DNA of 64,000 bases from an uncultured virus (IMG/VR IMGVR_UViG_3300025387_000001) (Duplodnaviria; Heunggongvirae; Uroviricota; Caudoviricetes). This document shows, piece after piece, positions 1 to 9,726 of this stretch. Numbering within the stretch: position 1 is the stretch's first letter; each line of letters starts with the position of its first letter. The stretch lies in the IMG/VR virus record IMGVR_UViG_3300025387_000001; one strand, given 5' to 3'. The position numbers and the translations under genes are program-made. The notes under the pieces were generated by a model, which worked only from the letters and a program-made list of their open reading frames with translations, did not search any database and was not told where the DNA came from.

Positions 1-1
1 T

Positions 2-244
2 AGCGTAAAGGATTGTGCTAAGGATATAAAGGTAGAGCGTCCAGACTATGTTTCCGCAGGTATGTCAGGTACTAAGTATGCTTGCGCCAAACGTGGTGTT
101 ATGACTAATCTACATAAGGAACCTAAGCACGTTCAGGAAGCGATCTTGGCTAAAGCGGCCAGGACCGCTCCCTTATATTCCAAAGGACCTTATCAACTTA
201 TAACTGATGGTGCGTCTTTATCGGAAATCGGCAAAAAAATGTAA
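2..244 (+). CDS. hypothetical protein, 5' partial
   Basis: Frame of the 62..244 ORF stays open back to the window start. Confidence 0.55.
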   Translation, partial: SVKDCAKDIKVERPDYVSAGMSGTKYACAKRGVMTNLHKEPKHVQEAILAKAARTAPLYSKGPYQLITDGASLSEIGKKM

Positions 245-253
245 GGTGGCACG

Positions 254-580
254 ATGACTGACTATACAGACCTTGTCCATATATTGCGACAACTTAACCT
301 AAAATATGGTGATATGGCGGCCGCCGCTATTGAGGCGCAAGCAAAGCGTATTGAGGAACTAGAGGCTTCTATTGATAAAAACGACGAATGGGCAAAGTGG
401 TTTATTGAGAAAACTGACGCCCGTATTGTTGAACTAGAGGCAGCGTTAAAGCCGTTTGCTGATAAGGCAACAGCTTGCGAACAAAGATACTCTGACTTCG
501 CCCCAGAGGATGACCGCACGTTTGCTTTTACGCTTGGCGACCTACGCCGAGCCCGTAAGGTATTGGGAGAGAAGGAATGA
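254..580 (+). CDS. small coiled-coil hypothetical protein, paralog family A
   Basis: AIEAQAKRIEELEA / RIVELEAALKPFA / GDLRRARKVLGEKE blocks shared with 577, 852 and 1374 ORFs. Confidence 0.8.
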   Translation: MTDYTDLVHILRQLNLKYGDMAAAAIEAQAKRIEELEASIDKNDEWAKWFIEKTDARIVELEAALKPFADKATACEQRYSDFAPEDDRTFAFTLGDLRRARKVLGEKE

Positions 581-855
581 CTGACTACTCAGACATTGTG
601 TGGGTGTTACGGCGGAAAGCGCAATTTGATGTTCATCCATTGTCTTTGAACGCCCAGATAATGAATAAATCCGCCGACGCTATTGAGGCGCAAGCAAATA
701 GGATTGCTGAACTAGAAGCGGCGCTGGAACCGTTTGCTGAACAATCCGAATTTATTGATGATGACAATGACTCTTTACTCAACGGGTTATGTTCACCTAT
801 AATGAGTAAAAAAGATTTTTTTACCGCCAGTAAGGTATTGGGAGAAAAGGAATGA
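577..855 (+). CDS. small hypothetical protein, paralog family A
   Basis: MTDYSD start, AIEAQANRIAELEAALEPFA, KVLGEKE end; ATGA overlap with neighbours. Confidence 0.8.
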   Translation: MTDYSDIVWVLRRKAQFDVHPLSLNAQIMNKSADAIEAQANRIAELEAALEPFAEQSEFIDDDNDSLLNGLCSPIMSKKDFFTASKVLGEKE

Positions 856-1130
856 CTGAGATAACATTGCTTGAACGACTGCGCCTTGGACATACTACAA
901 GCGCAATGAAAATGCTTGGAGAAGCCGCCGACACTATTGAAGCACAATCCTCGGAAATAGATTTTTGGAAAGACCGTATGCGTGAAGCACTCAAAACGAT
1001 AAAAGAAAATGTCGACCGAATTGCTGAACTGGAAAGAGAACTGGATAAACATAGGCAGGCGTTAGTGTTTATACAATCTAAGGCACAAGACATTCTAAGA
1101 CCAATACCATTCCAAGATGAGGAGAACTAA
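852..1130 (+). CDS. small coiled-coil hypothetical protein, family A-related
   Basis: AADTIEAQ and RIAELE motifs; ATGA overlap. Confidence 0.75.
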   Translation: MTEITLLERLRLGHTTSAMKMLGEAADTIEAQSSEIDFWKDRMREALKTIKENVDRIAELERELDKHRQALVFIQSKAQDILRPIPFQDEEN

Positions 1131-1131
1131 G

Positions 1132-1377
1132 ATGAAGGTATCTGTTGACCTGGATATTGAACTAAACGATAGCCAAAAAGATGAAATCGTAGTGGAGTCA
1201 CTAAAAGACGCCTATCGTATCAACTGTGAGCCTGATAAGTATGATTGTTCGGATGAGACGATTCCTCCGGATGATGAGTTCCTAAATGCTCTTGATTTGG
1301 TTATAAACTACTTTTCTACCAATGACCAATACCAAGAATGGATAGTAAAGAAGATGGAATTGAGGGAAAAGAAATGA
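1132..1377 (+). CDS. hypothetical protein
   Basis: GAGGAG SD before ATG 1132; weakly similar to 1574..1774. Confidence 0.7.
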   Translation: MKVSVDLDIELNDSQKDEIVVESLKDAYRINCEPDKYDCSDETIPPDDEFLNALDLVINYFSTNDQYQEWIVKKMELREKK

Positions 1378-1577
1378 GTGACGAACAGGTTGATGCCTTA
1401 GAAGAAGAACTTGCGGTAGCTAAGGCCCGTATTGCTGAACTAGAGGCGGCGCTGAAACCGTTTGCTGAAAAATACACTGAGTTCTTAGATGACGGCTATA
1501 GCAGCTTAGACCACGCATTTGTTTCAGTTGGCGACCTACGCCAAGCTCGTAAGGTATTAGGAGAGAAGAAAGAATGA
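1374..1577 (+). CDS. small hypothetical protein, paralog family A
   Basis: ARIAELEAALKPFA...GDLRQARKVLGEKKE; ATGA overlap. Confidence 0.8.
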   Translation: MSDEQVDALEEELAVAKARIAELEAALKPFAEKYTEFLDDGYSSLDHAFVSVGDLRQARKVLGEKKE

Positions 1578-1774
1578 AAATGGACCTTGATGATGGTATG
1601 ATATCCGGGATAGTCGTTCAGGACTTACAAGGATACTATGAGATTATGATAAACAATCCAGAAGAGGATGGTGTCTGTCAGGCTATTGAGAGAGTGCTTA
1701 GAGATTATATGTCTCGCTACGATTACAATCTCTGGATAGATAAAATGGGAATAACAGGAGAGAAGGATGACTGA
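1574..1774 (+). CDS. hypothetical protein
   Basis: ATGA overlap with upstream ORF, tightly packed. Confidence 0.7.
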   Translation: MKMDLDDGMISGIVVQDLQGYYEIMINNPEEDGVCQAIERVLRDYMSRYDYNLWIDKMGITGEKDD

Positions 1775-2051
1775 TATTGTTGAGCGGATAAAATCTTGGG
1801 ACAGATGCTATCCTGGTAATATTAATGTTGAGACTGCTGTTGATGACGCAACCAATGAAATCACTCGCCTCCGTAAATACGAGGAAATGGTTAGGTTTAT
1901 CGCCAATGACTATCATGAACTATCATACGATAAGGCACAATGGCAACGTGATGATTGGAAAAAGCGTTGTGAAAAACTTATTCGGGAAGATATATTGACC
2001 GAACCAGAAAAAGGATTTGAAGATTATAAATTTGGAAATTTGGAGTTCTAA
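1767..2051 (+). CDS. hypothetical protein
   Basis: MTDIVER start, SD present, packed operon. Confidence 0.7.
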   Translation: MTDIVERIKSWDRCYPGNINVETAVDDATNEITRLRKYEEMVRFIANDYHELSYDKAQWQRDDWKKRCEKLIREDILTEPEKGFEDYKFGNLEF

Positions 2052-2052
2052 G

Positions 2053-2850
2053 ATGAAGATACAAGTCTGTTCGGATATTCATCTAGAGTTTGGACATAAC
2101 GTCCATATTCCTAATGCTGGTGCGGATGTGCTGGTGCTGGCTGGTGACATTTGCCTTGCCAAGGCCTTCAAGAATAAAGAACGCAATATAAACAATCTTG
2201 GTTATTATATGTTCTTTGATGAGGTCTGTGCCAACTTCAAGGATGTTATCTATATCATGGGCAACCACGAACACTATAAAGGCACATTCAACAAGAGTGC
2301 CGATATTCTTCGTGATGCTCTTGCCGAGTATAATAACCTACACTTTCTGGATAACGAGAGTGTGACTATTGATGGTATAAAGTTTGTTGGTTCTACTCTT
2401 TGGACTAATACTGATATACAAAATCCTGTGACAACCAACAGACTAAGGTTTGCCATGAATGATTTTAGTGTCATCAAGTATTGTGATGCTAAAGGCAACT
2501 ATCGTAAGTTTTCTCCGCAGGATGCTTACATAGAGCATAAACTATCAAGAATATATCTAGAAGATATCCTTGCGGGTTCAGAAGTGAAGGATATACCTTG
2601 TGTGGTTATTACTCACCATGCTCCTTCATGGAAAAGTATCCATGAGAGGTTTGCCGATGATAAAGAACTGAATACATTGTATGCTTCGGATCTGGAACAT
2701 ATGATGACTGATAATGTAAAACTATGGATCCATGGTCATACACATAATGCTTTTGATTATAAAATCGGAGAAACAAGAGTTGTGTGTAATCCATTTGGAT
2801 ATCCTAATGAAAGAAGTTTAGTTGATCCTGTTCTAATAGCGGAGATATAA
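2053..2850 (+). CDS. calcineurin-like metallophosphoesterase
   Basis: SDIHLE, LAGDI, GNHEHY, THHAP and HGHTH motifs. Confidence 0.93.
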   Translation: MKIQVCSDIHLEFGHNVHIPNAGADVLVLAGDICLAKAFKNKERNINNLGYYMFFDEVCANFKDVIYIMGNHEHYKGTFNKSADILRDALAEYNNLHFLDNESVTIDGIKFVGSTLWTNTDIQNPVTTNRLRFAMNDFSVIKYCDAKGNYRKFSPQDAYIEHKLSRIYLEDILAGSEVKDIPCVVITHHAPSWKSIHERFADDKELNTLYASDLEHMMTDNVKLWIHGHTHNAFDYKIGETRVVCNPFGYPNERSLVDPVLIAEI

Positions 2851-2851
2851 A

Positions 2852-3142
2852 ATGCCTAAAATCGTATTGGTAGAAACCGTAGCCACCTTTCGTCATATGT
2901 ATGCCGTAGCGGTAAAAGATGACGAACCGATTGAGTATGCCCTTGATGATGTGGCCGCCTATGCTACTGGATTTGAGAACGGACTAACCGAGTTTGCCCA
3001 GAACCATGTTGGTGAGGATATCTTTTCTTATCGTGAAATATCCAAGGAAGAGTATCTAGAAATCTTTGATAAAGAGAATGACTATCTAATAGAACTTTCT
3101 GACGAACGAAAGAAGATGTATATCTATAAAGGTGAAGAATGA
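2852..3142 (+). CDS. hypothetical protein
   Basis: GGAG SD, packed ORF. Confidence 0.7.
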   Translation: MPKIVLVETVATFRHMYAVAVKDDEPIEYALDDVAAYATGFENGLTEFAQNHVGEDIFSYREISKEEYLEIFDKENDYLIELSDERKKMYIYKGEE

Positions 3143-4464
3143 AAAAACTTACTGTAATCCTATGTTGGTTGTTCGGGTTCATCATTCTCGGACAACTATC
3201 ATTTATCCTGTTCCTTGAGGCCGTCCGCTCTCAACATGTGGAAACGACCATCAAGCAGGAACGCTATACTAAATAGAACTATGTTAGATGAAAGAATAAA
3301 ACTGGCAGTAACTTTGTTTCTTTGTTGGGGCCTTACGGTCGTCATACTGAAACATGTTGTCATCTACATGCGTTGGTTTTGATGCTACGAAAGTGGCACG
3401 ACTCCGATCCATTAGTATTCGGTATCATTTTTCTATTCCTGTATGGAGTTTTAGATATTGCCGATAGTAGGTGGTTCATACCACATATTAGACCGGTATG
3501 TAATGGTGAGATAACTGATAAACAAGTGAGAGTGTGTTCCAACTGGTATCACAATATAAAACAGGAGAAATGAATGTTTCTGGCACTACTAATAATCTCT
3601 TCTATCGCCATCAGCGTATTTGTAAATACCTTCATCAAGGGTATGGTTTATGCTAATGTAGTGGAACACGAAGAGACAGATGAACAGGAAGAGACACGGA
3701 CAGGATTGTTTATTACAGCTCTTGGTGTTGTTCTAATCAGCAATATGATACCATTTACTTTAGGAGTTGCCGTTGGACTCTACGCAATCCTCTGAGGATA
3801 AAGATAAACAATTTACATTGGAGATGGCTGAATATGTCTGGGAAAAAGTCAAAGGTTATCCAATTCCCGACTGCTACTCGGAAGAGGACAGACTTAGTAT
3901 CTTTGAGCGATACTATCACCGAGCCGTCTCCCAGTCTCAAGGAGAGTAAACCTCTCTGGCCGACTATAATCGGAGTAATAGTAGGTCTTCTTTATGTAGG
4001 TTTACTATTCTTATTATAAGGAAAGTAATATGAAAGAGTTAGTTGCCGCTGTTATTTCTATTTGCCTTCATACAGGTGAATGTGAAAAGCACGAAGTTAA
4101 GATTGAACCTAAAGTTTGTCATTTGAAATCGGCTCAAGCACAGGTCCCTATTATGGGTGAGTGGAAAGACGCCACCGTTTATTTTAAATGTTAGGATAGA
4201 AAATGGTTGTAGATGAAAAAGTATCATACCCTGCCGTAAATGAGGCTTACTGCTTACTTACAGCATATCTAAGGGAAGATGGAAAACTTGGTGCAAAGTA
4301 TAACAAGGAAGAGTTAGCAGAGTTTGTAAAGTTTCTTGCTCTTATACTAAAGCATCCAGATAACTTTGTCGGTATTGACCGCAAAAAGAAGGAACGTCAT
4401 GCTGACGGTTCCATTAAATTGCCTGATGTCATTGAACATGATGGCACAGGTTTAGCATAGAAAG

Positions 4465-4740
4465 GTGATAGTAATGAATAAGTTTTTTCTAACAGCAGCA
4501 ATTGTTCTCGGCCTTACAGTTTCAGCATCCGCATTTCAGGATGAGACACACAATGGCAAGACGGTCGCTGTTCCTGGCGCAACAAAGAGCAAGGGTGTTT
4601 TAGCACCTGCTGCACAACTTACACCACACGGTTTGGTTGTTACTGCTCCTCCAGGTATGGATGTTGATGTTGATAACGATGGTGGTGATATCCAGGTTGA
4701 TATTGAGCCACGCGGTAAGAAGTTCTTGGGTGTATTCTAA
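4465..4740 (+). CDS. secreted hypothetical protein
   Basis: Signal peptide MNKFFLTAAIVLGLTVSASA. Confidence 0.65.
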   Translation: MIVMNKFFLTAAIVLGLTVSASAFQDETHNGKTVAVPGATKSKGVLAPAAQLTPHGLVVTAPPGMDVDVDNDGGDIQVDIEPRGKKFLGVF

Positions 4741-5007
4741 TATGAGGAAGTTCCTAATCATTGTTGCTGCTCTTTTTTCTACGGCAGCTATTGCCAATCC
4801 TTACGGTACATACTATAATCCAGTTCAAGATCCTCCTTTTCAAGGAGATTGGTCGGTGCCAGTTCACCGTGGAATGTATTGTGTAGGAGGAACATGGCAT
4901 TATGGTTGGTTGCGTCCATGGGAAAGAAGTCCTGTTATTAAGCCTTCTTGTGGAACTGCTATCTACCAGATACAATAAATAGGTTTGTCGCCCAGACAAG
5001 TGCAAGA

Positions 5008-5082
5008 ATTGAGTGATACTGTTTACTATTTTGGATGTTCATCCCGGGATCTGCGTTACGCAGGTCGGCAGTATCACTCAAT
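5008..5082 (+). ncRNA. unidentified multibranch structured RNA upstream of the tRNA-like element
   Basis: Perfect 14 bp stem ATTGAGTGATACTG/CAGTATCACTCAAT enclosing two hairpins (GGATG/CATCC and GATCTGCG/CGCAGGTC); late promoter TAAATA at 4976. Confidence 0.6.
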
Positions 5083-5085
5083 AAT

Positions 5086-5158
5086 GCGGAGATCGTATAA
5101 TGGTTATTACCTGAGGTCCCCCTCAGAATGTGGTGTTCGACTCCCACTCTCCGCTCCA
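5086..5158 (+). tRNA. tRNA-Gly-like gene, aberrant (pseudo-tRNA or non-canonical)
   Basis: Acceptor stem GCGGAGA/TCTCCGC, U73, encoded CCA, D-loop AATGG, TTCGA T-loop; anticodon loop only 6 nt (GTCCCC) and a bulged T in the T-stem. Confidence 0.75.
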
Positions 5159-5206
5159 ATTATCCTAAATAGCAGTGCCCTTTGGCATTATATGAAGGAG
5201 ATAATT

Positions 5207-5473
5207 ATGCTTAATGGTTATAAAACATACATTGTTGCTACACTAATCGCAGTATTTGGCGTTCTTGCCCAATATGATTGGAATGGTTTTCTAAATGATC
5301 CTAAGGCTGGTTGGGTAGCACTCGCGTCTGCTATTCTTATGGCAATTATGCGTGTCATCACACAGGCCACCACAGTTCAACAGGCACTATACACAGATCC
5401 ACCAAAACCAGTGCCAGCACCTAATCCATCAACAGTTAAACCAACACCTAAACCAACACCTAAGAAGAAATGA
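5207..5473 (+). CDS. small two-TM membrane protein, holin-like, Pro/Lys-rich tail
   Basis: AAGGAG SD, late promoter TAAATA at 5166, two hydrophobic segments. Confidence 0.55.
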   Translation: MLNGYKTYIVATLIAVFGVLAQYDWNGFLNDPKAGWVALASAILMAIMRVITQATTVQQALYTDPPKPVPAPNPSTVKPTPKPTPKKK

Positions 5474-5480
5474 GGATTTT

Positions 5481-5801
5481 ATGAAAAAGATTATTGCTCT
5501 AGTGACCGCAGGATTTCTCGGTCTATCCGTTGCTGGTTGTTCTTCAACCGGTACTACATCACCAACAGTGGTGACAACCATTGCTGATGTTCAGGCTATT
5601 GTTCAGAGTGCTTGTGGATTCTTGCCAGCAGCAACCACAATTGCTTCAATCATCACCGCTAATCCAGCAGTTGCTACAGGTTCACAGATCGCTCAAGTAA
5701 TTTGTGATGCTATCTCAAAGAAATCTGCTTATCGTAGTGCTGTTCCTACTGTTACAATTAATGGCCAGGTTATTGAAATCAAGGGACGTTACGTAAAGTA
5801 A
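5481..5801 (+). CDS. lipoprotein
   Basis: Signal peptide with lipobox SVAGC. Confidence 0.7.
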   Translation: MKKIIALVTAGFLGLSVAGCSSTGTTSPTVVTTIADVQAIVQSACGFLPAATTIASIITANPAVATGSQIAQVICDAISKKSAYRSAVPTVTINGQVIEIKGRYVK

Positions 5802-5802
5802 C

Positions 5803-5991
5803 ATGATCATTTGCTCTTGTAATGTCCTGACTGATGAAAGAGTGAAAGAATATCTCAAGGGCAGAGAAACCAAACCGAGTGTGGGAACCATACTAAAGGA
5901 CCTTGATTGTGGTCCTGTGTGTGGTTCCTGCGCCAACAACATTATTGATCTTGTGAGGAGTCATTATGAAAGTCAAAATAGGCCCGTATAA
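5803..5991 (+). CDS. bfd: bacterioferritin-associated ferredoxin-like [2Fe-2S] protein
   Basis: MIICSCN...CGSC cysteine pattern in a 62 aa protein. Confidence 0.8.
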   Translation: MIICSCNVLTDERVKEYLKGRETKPSVGTILKDLDCGPVCGSCANNIIDLVRSHYESQNRPV

Positions 5992-6592
5992 AACCTGGTG
6001 GGGTCCATATCAAATCGCACAACTAATCCCATTTGTTAGTGAAGATACACATGACAAGGTTGGTGAGTTTCTTGCCAATACTTGGGTTGGTAATCTGTGT
6101 GAATGGTTTTACTCCAAACAAGACCGTGATATAAAAGTCCGTATTGACAAGTATGATACTTGGAGTATGGACAATACACTTGCACTCATTATCCTTCCTA
6201 TGCTCAAACAACTCAAAGAAACCAAACACGGTTCTACCATGGTTGATGATGAGGATCTTCCTTCACACATGCGTCACACCTTTAGCAAAGGTCCGGACGA
6301 TTATGAAACCAATGACAGATGGATTCATTACAAGTGGGAATGGGTGTTGAAGGAAATGATCTTCGCCTTTGAAAACCTAACTGATGATTCCTGGGAAGAC
6401 CAGTTTGTTCACGGAATACCTATCTATGGAGATACCTGGTTAGATGATGACGGTAACTACTATCAGCAACCTCAAATAAAACAAACTAATCCTGATTATT
6501 GGGTTGACAGAGATGGTATAAAAGAGTATAATGACAGAATAAACAATGGATTAAGATTGTTTGGTAAGTATTATCGTGGCCTATGGAGCTGA
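5966..6592 (+). CDS. conserved phage hypothetical protein
   Basis: 208 aa ORF with DTWSMD and GLRLFGKYYRGLW motifs. Confidence 0.7.
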   Translation: MKVKIGPYKTWWGPYQIAQLIPFVSEDTHDKVGEFLANTWVGNLCEWFYSKQDRDIKVRIDKYDTWSMDNTLALIILPMLKQLKETKHGSTMVDDEDLPSHMRHTFSKGPDDYETNDRWIHYKWEWVLKEMIFAFENLTDDSWEDQFVHGIPIYGDTWLDDDGNYYQQPQIKQTNPDYWVDRDGIKEYNDRINNGLRLFGKYYRGLWS

Positions 6593-6808
6593 GGAGATTG
6601 ACATGCAATTCTATGAAAAAGATATGACGATTTATGAGACGGAATTCAAGCAGCGGGCCTATGACGGAAAGTGGGAACGTATTGGTAAGATTGCCGATGA
6701 GGACAACTCTTATACATTTATTAACGAATACGGCAATCGTGCCGCTACTACACCTTTCAAGTGGGTCACACTTGGGGTTTATGACTACCTAATGGAGATT
6801 GTTGACTA

Positions 6809-7114
6809 ATGGCAAACTTACAGATTTTACGCCTTATCACAGGTGAAGAAATTATTGGAAAAGTTATTTCTGATGATGACAAAGAGATTGAAATTGAAAA
6901 TCCAATCCGTATTGTTGTAGTTCCTAGCAAAGCAGATCCTTCCAATCCTTCTGTAGGATTTGCACCTTATACACAATGGACAGATGAAAAGGTCTTGACA
7001 TTTAAACACGAACATGTTATAAATATGGTCAAGCCTATCAATGAGTTCGTTAATCAATATAACGGAATGTTTGGTGGTCTTGTTGTTCCTAACTCAAAGA
7101 TTTTGACTCCTTAA
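6809..7114 (+). CDS. conserved T4-like small protein (Sm-like fold), upstream of polymerase
   Basis: LITGEEIIG...NP motif and SKILTP C-terminus; synteny. Confidence 0.65.
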   Translation: MANLQILRLITGEEIIGKVISDDDKEIEIENPIRIVVVPSKADPSNPSVGFAPYTQWTDEKVLTFKHEHVINMVKPINEFVNQYNGMFGGLVVPNSKILTP

Positions 7115-9675
7115 TGAACAAATTTTATACTAATGTTGAGGTATGGGGCGGTCGTATCCTATACCGAGGCGTTGAGAATGAGAGGCGGGTGAGACATAAA
7201 GTCGAGTATCATCCGTCTCTTTTCGTGCCTTCCAACACACCGACCAAATACACCACAATCTATGGCGAATACTTGGGCAAAGTAAAACCAGGTACGATCC
7301 GTGACGCCCGTGATTTTGTTTCACAGTATGATAATGTGGAGAACTTTAAGGTATACGGCAACACTCGTTATCAGTATTGCTTTATTGCCGATGAGTTCAA
7401 AGGCACAGTTGATTGGGACATGTCCCTTATCAAAGTGGCCAATATCGATATTGAGGTTGGTGAACCTGACGGTGGTGGATTCCCTGAACCAGAACATGCT
7501 CTTGGTCCTTTGACTGCTATCACGGTCAAGATGGATGGTCAGTTCACCACCTTTGGTTGTGGTGCGTATAACAACACCCGTGATGATGTGACATACTTCA
7601 AATGTGTGGATGAGTTTGATCTTATTCGTAAGTTTCTTGGTTGGTGGCAATCGGAATATCCAGATGTAATCACAGGCTGGAACGTCCAGAACTTCGATAT
7701 ACCATACTTGGTTAATCGTATTCGCAAACTAATGGGTGAGAACGAGGCCAAGAAACTATCTCCGTGGGGTGTGATCAACGATAAGATGGTTGATCTCGGT
7801 ATGAACCGTAAGATCAAGTCATACTCAATCCTTGGTATTGCAACACTAGACTTACTAGACCTTTACCAAAGATATGCTAAGAACGGTAAGTCACAAGAGT
7901 CCTATAAGTTGGATAATATTGGTCATGAAGAACTTGGTGAGCGAAAATTATCCTATGAAGAGTATGGTTCTTTACACAATCTTTATAAAGAAGACTTTCA
8001 AAAGTTCATCGATTATAATATCAAAGACGTTGACCTTGTTGACCGTATTGATGATAAGAACAAGTTGATTGAATTGGCCTTAACTTTGTCCTATGATAAC
8101 AAGTGTAACTTTGAGGACGTATTCGCACAAGTCCGTATGTGGGACGTTATCTGTTTCCATCATCTAAAGGCACAGAACAAGGTTGTACCACCTATTGAAC
8201 GGCATGAAAAGGAGGCTGCTTATGTTGGTGCTTATGTTAAGGATCCTATTATCGGTTTTCATAATTGGGTTGCAAGTTTCGACGTTAATTCTGAGTACCC
8301 ATCTGTCATCATGGGCAGCAACATCAGCCCAGAGACTATTGTGGAACCTGATGCCTATACTGACAGGATGCGTTCTATCATTGCTTCTGGTATTAGTGTG
8401 GATGCCTTACTTGCCAGAAAGATTGACACAAGTTCTCTCTTGGATGATAACGTATGTCTAACTGCCAATGGTCAGTTCTATCGCCGTGACAAGCAAGGAT
8501 TCATGCCAGAGATGGTTGAGAAGATGTTTGCTGATCGTAAGAAGTATAAGAAGGAGATGTTAGATGCCGAAGCGGCCTATGAAAATGAAAAAGACCCTGA
8601 GAAAAAGAAAGAACTTAAAAACAAAATCGCCAAGTATAACAATCTTCAACTCTCTAAAAAAGTATCACTCAACTCCCTCTATGGTGCGCTTGGCTCCAAG
8701 TTTTTCAGGTTTTTTGATTTACGTAACGCGATTGCGGTCACGACGACTGGCCAACTCAGCATACGGTGGATCGAAAGAACACTTAACCAGTATCTCAATA
8801 AAATACTAAAGACAACAGGAGAGGATTATGTCATTGCGCTTGATACAGACTCGGTTTACCTACGCCTTGGTCCGCTTGTGGGCAAGACTATTGGTGAAGA
8901 CCTCGGCACTGGTGATACGGCAAGAGTCATCTCCTTCCTTGATAAAGTATGTGAGAGTAAAATTCAACCTGTTATTGATACCGCTTGTGGAGACCTTGGT
9001 GACTATACTAATGTATTTCAACAAAAAATCTTTATGAAGCGAGAAGGTCTATGTGATAAGGCCATATGGACTGCCAAGAAACGATACATTCTCAGTGTAT
9101 GGAACAATGAAGGTGTTCAATACGAGAAACCAAAGAAGAAAAGTATGGGTTTGGAACTTGTGAAAAGTTCTACTCCATCATATTGTCGTGAAAAATTAAA
9201 GGAAGTTGTTGATGTTATTTTTGATAAGGATGAATCGGCCGTTCAAGAGTTTATTAAAGAAGTCCGTTGTGAGTTTAAAAAACAGCCTATCGGTGATATA
9301 TCATTTCCTAGAGGACTCAATGGTCTTACTAAATATGCTGATAAAAAAACTATCTATGGAAGCGGCACCCCTATTCATGTCCGTGGTGCTCTCGTATATA
9401 ATCACTTTCTATATAGTAATAAGCTTGATACTAAGTATCCATTGATTAATAATGGTGAGAAATTGAAGTTTATATTCCTAAAAGAACCTAATACCATTCA
9501 GTCCAATGTTATTAGTTTTCCACAAGGTGGAATTCCAGAAGAGTTTCGGTTAGACCAATATATTGATTATGAAACCCAATTTGTTAAGTCTTTTCTGGAT
9601 CCATTAAAACTAATTTTGAACTCAATTGGATGGAAAGATGAAAAAACTTCTTCTCTTGAAGATTTCTTCACTTGA
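7114..9675 (+). CDS. 43: family B DNA polymerase (gp43)
   Basis: Exo motifs DIEV, GWNVQNFDIPY, YNIKDV; Pol motifs SFDVNSEYPS, KVSLNSLYG, DTDS, KKRY. Confidence 0.98.
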   Translation: MNKFYTNVEVWGGRILYRGVENERRVRHKVEYHPSLFVPSNTPTKYTTIYGEYLGKVKPGTIRDARDFVSQYDNVENFKVYGNTRYQYCFIADEFKGTVDWDMSLIKVANIDIEVGEPDGGGFPEPEHALGPLTAITVKMDGQFTTFGCGAYNNTRDDVTYFKCVDEFDLIRKFLGWWQSEYPDVITGWNVQNFDIPYLVNRIRKLMGENEAKKLSPWGVINDKMVDLGMNRKIKSYSILGIATLDLLDLYQRYAKNGKSQESYKLDNIGHEELGERKLSYEEYGSLHNLYKEDFQKFIDYNIKDVDLVDRIDDKNKLIELALTLSYDNKCNFEDVFAQVRMWDVICFHHLKAQNKVVPPIERHEKEAAYVGAYVKDPIIGFHNWVASFDVNSEYPSVIMGSNISPETIVEPDAYTDRMRSIIASGISVDALLARKIDTSSLLDDNVCLTANGQFYRRDKQGFMPEMVEKMFADRKKYKKEMLDAEAAYENEKDPEKKKELKNKIAKYNNLQLSKKVSLNSLYGALGSKFFRFFDLRNAIAVTTTGQLSIRWIERTLNQYLNKILKTTGEDYVIALDTDSVYLRLGPLVGKTIGEDLGTGDTARVISFLDKVCESKIQPVIDTACGDLGDYTNVFQQKIFMKREGLCDKAIWTAKKRYILSVWNNEGVQYEKPKKKSMGLELVKSSTPSYCREKLKEVVDVIFDKDESAVQEFIKEVRCEFKKQPIGDISFPRGLNGLTKYADKKTIYGSGTPIHVRGALVYNHFLYSNKLDTKYPLINNGEKLKFIFLKEPNTIQSNVISFPQGGIPEEFRLDQYIDYETQFVKSFLDPLKLILNSIGWKDEKTSSLEDFFT

Positions 9676-9726
9676 TTATTGACTTCAATACCTCAAAATA
9701 CTATATAATGGTATGGAGGTGGTCAA

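Noticed and set aside
254..1577. CRISPR-like repeat-spacer array
   Set aside because: Repeats are in-frame coding blocks with synonymous variation and irregular spacing; no cas operon
4985..5206. Long N-terminal extension of ORF 4985..5473
   Set aside because: It overlaps the structured RNA and tRNA-like element; a late promoter and AAGGAG SD point to a start at 5207
7114..9675. Possible intron or intein in the DNA polymerase
   Set aside because: Continuous 853 aa ORF of normal size; the neighbouring endonuclease is free-standing
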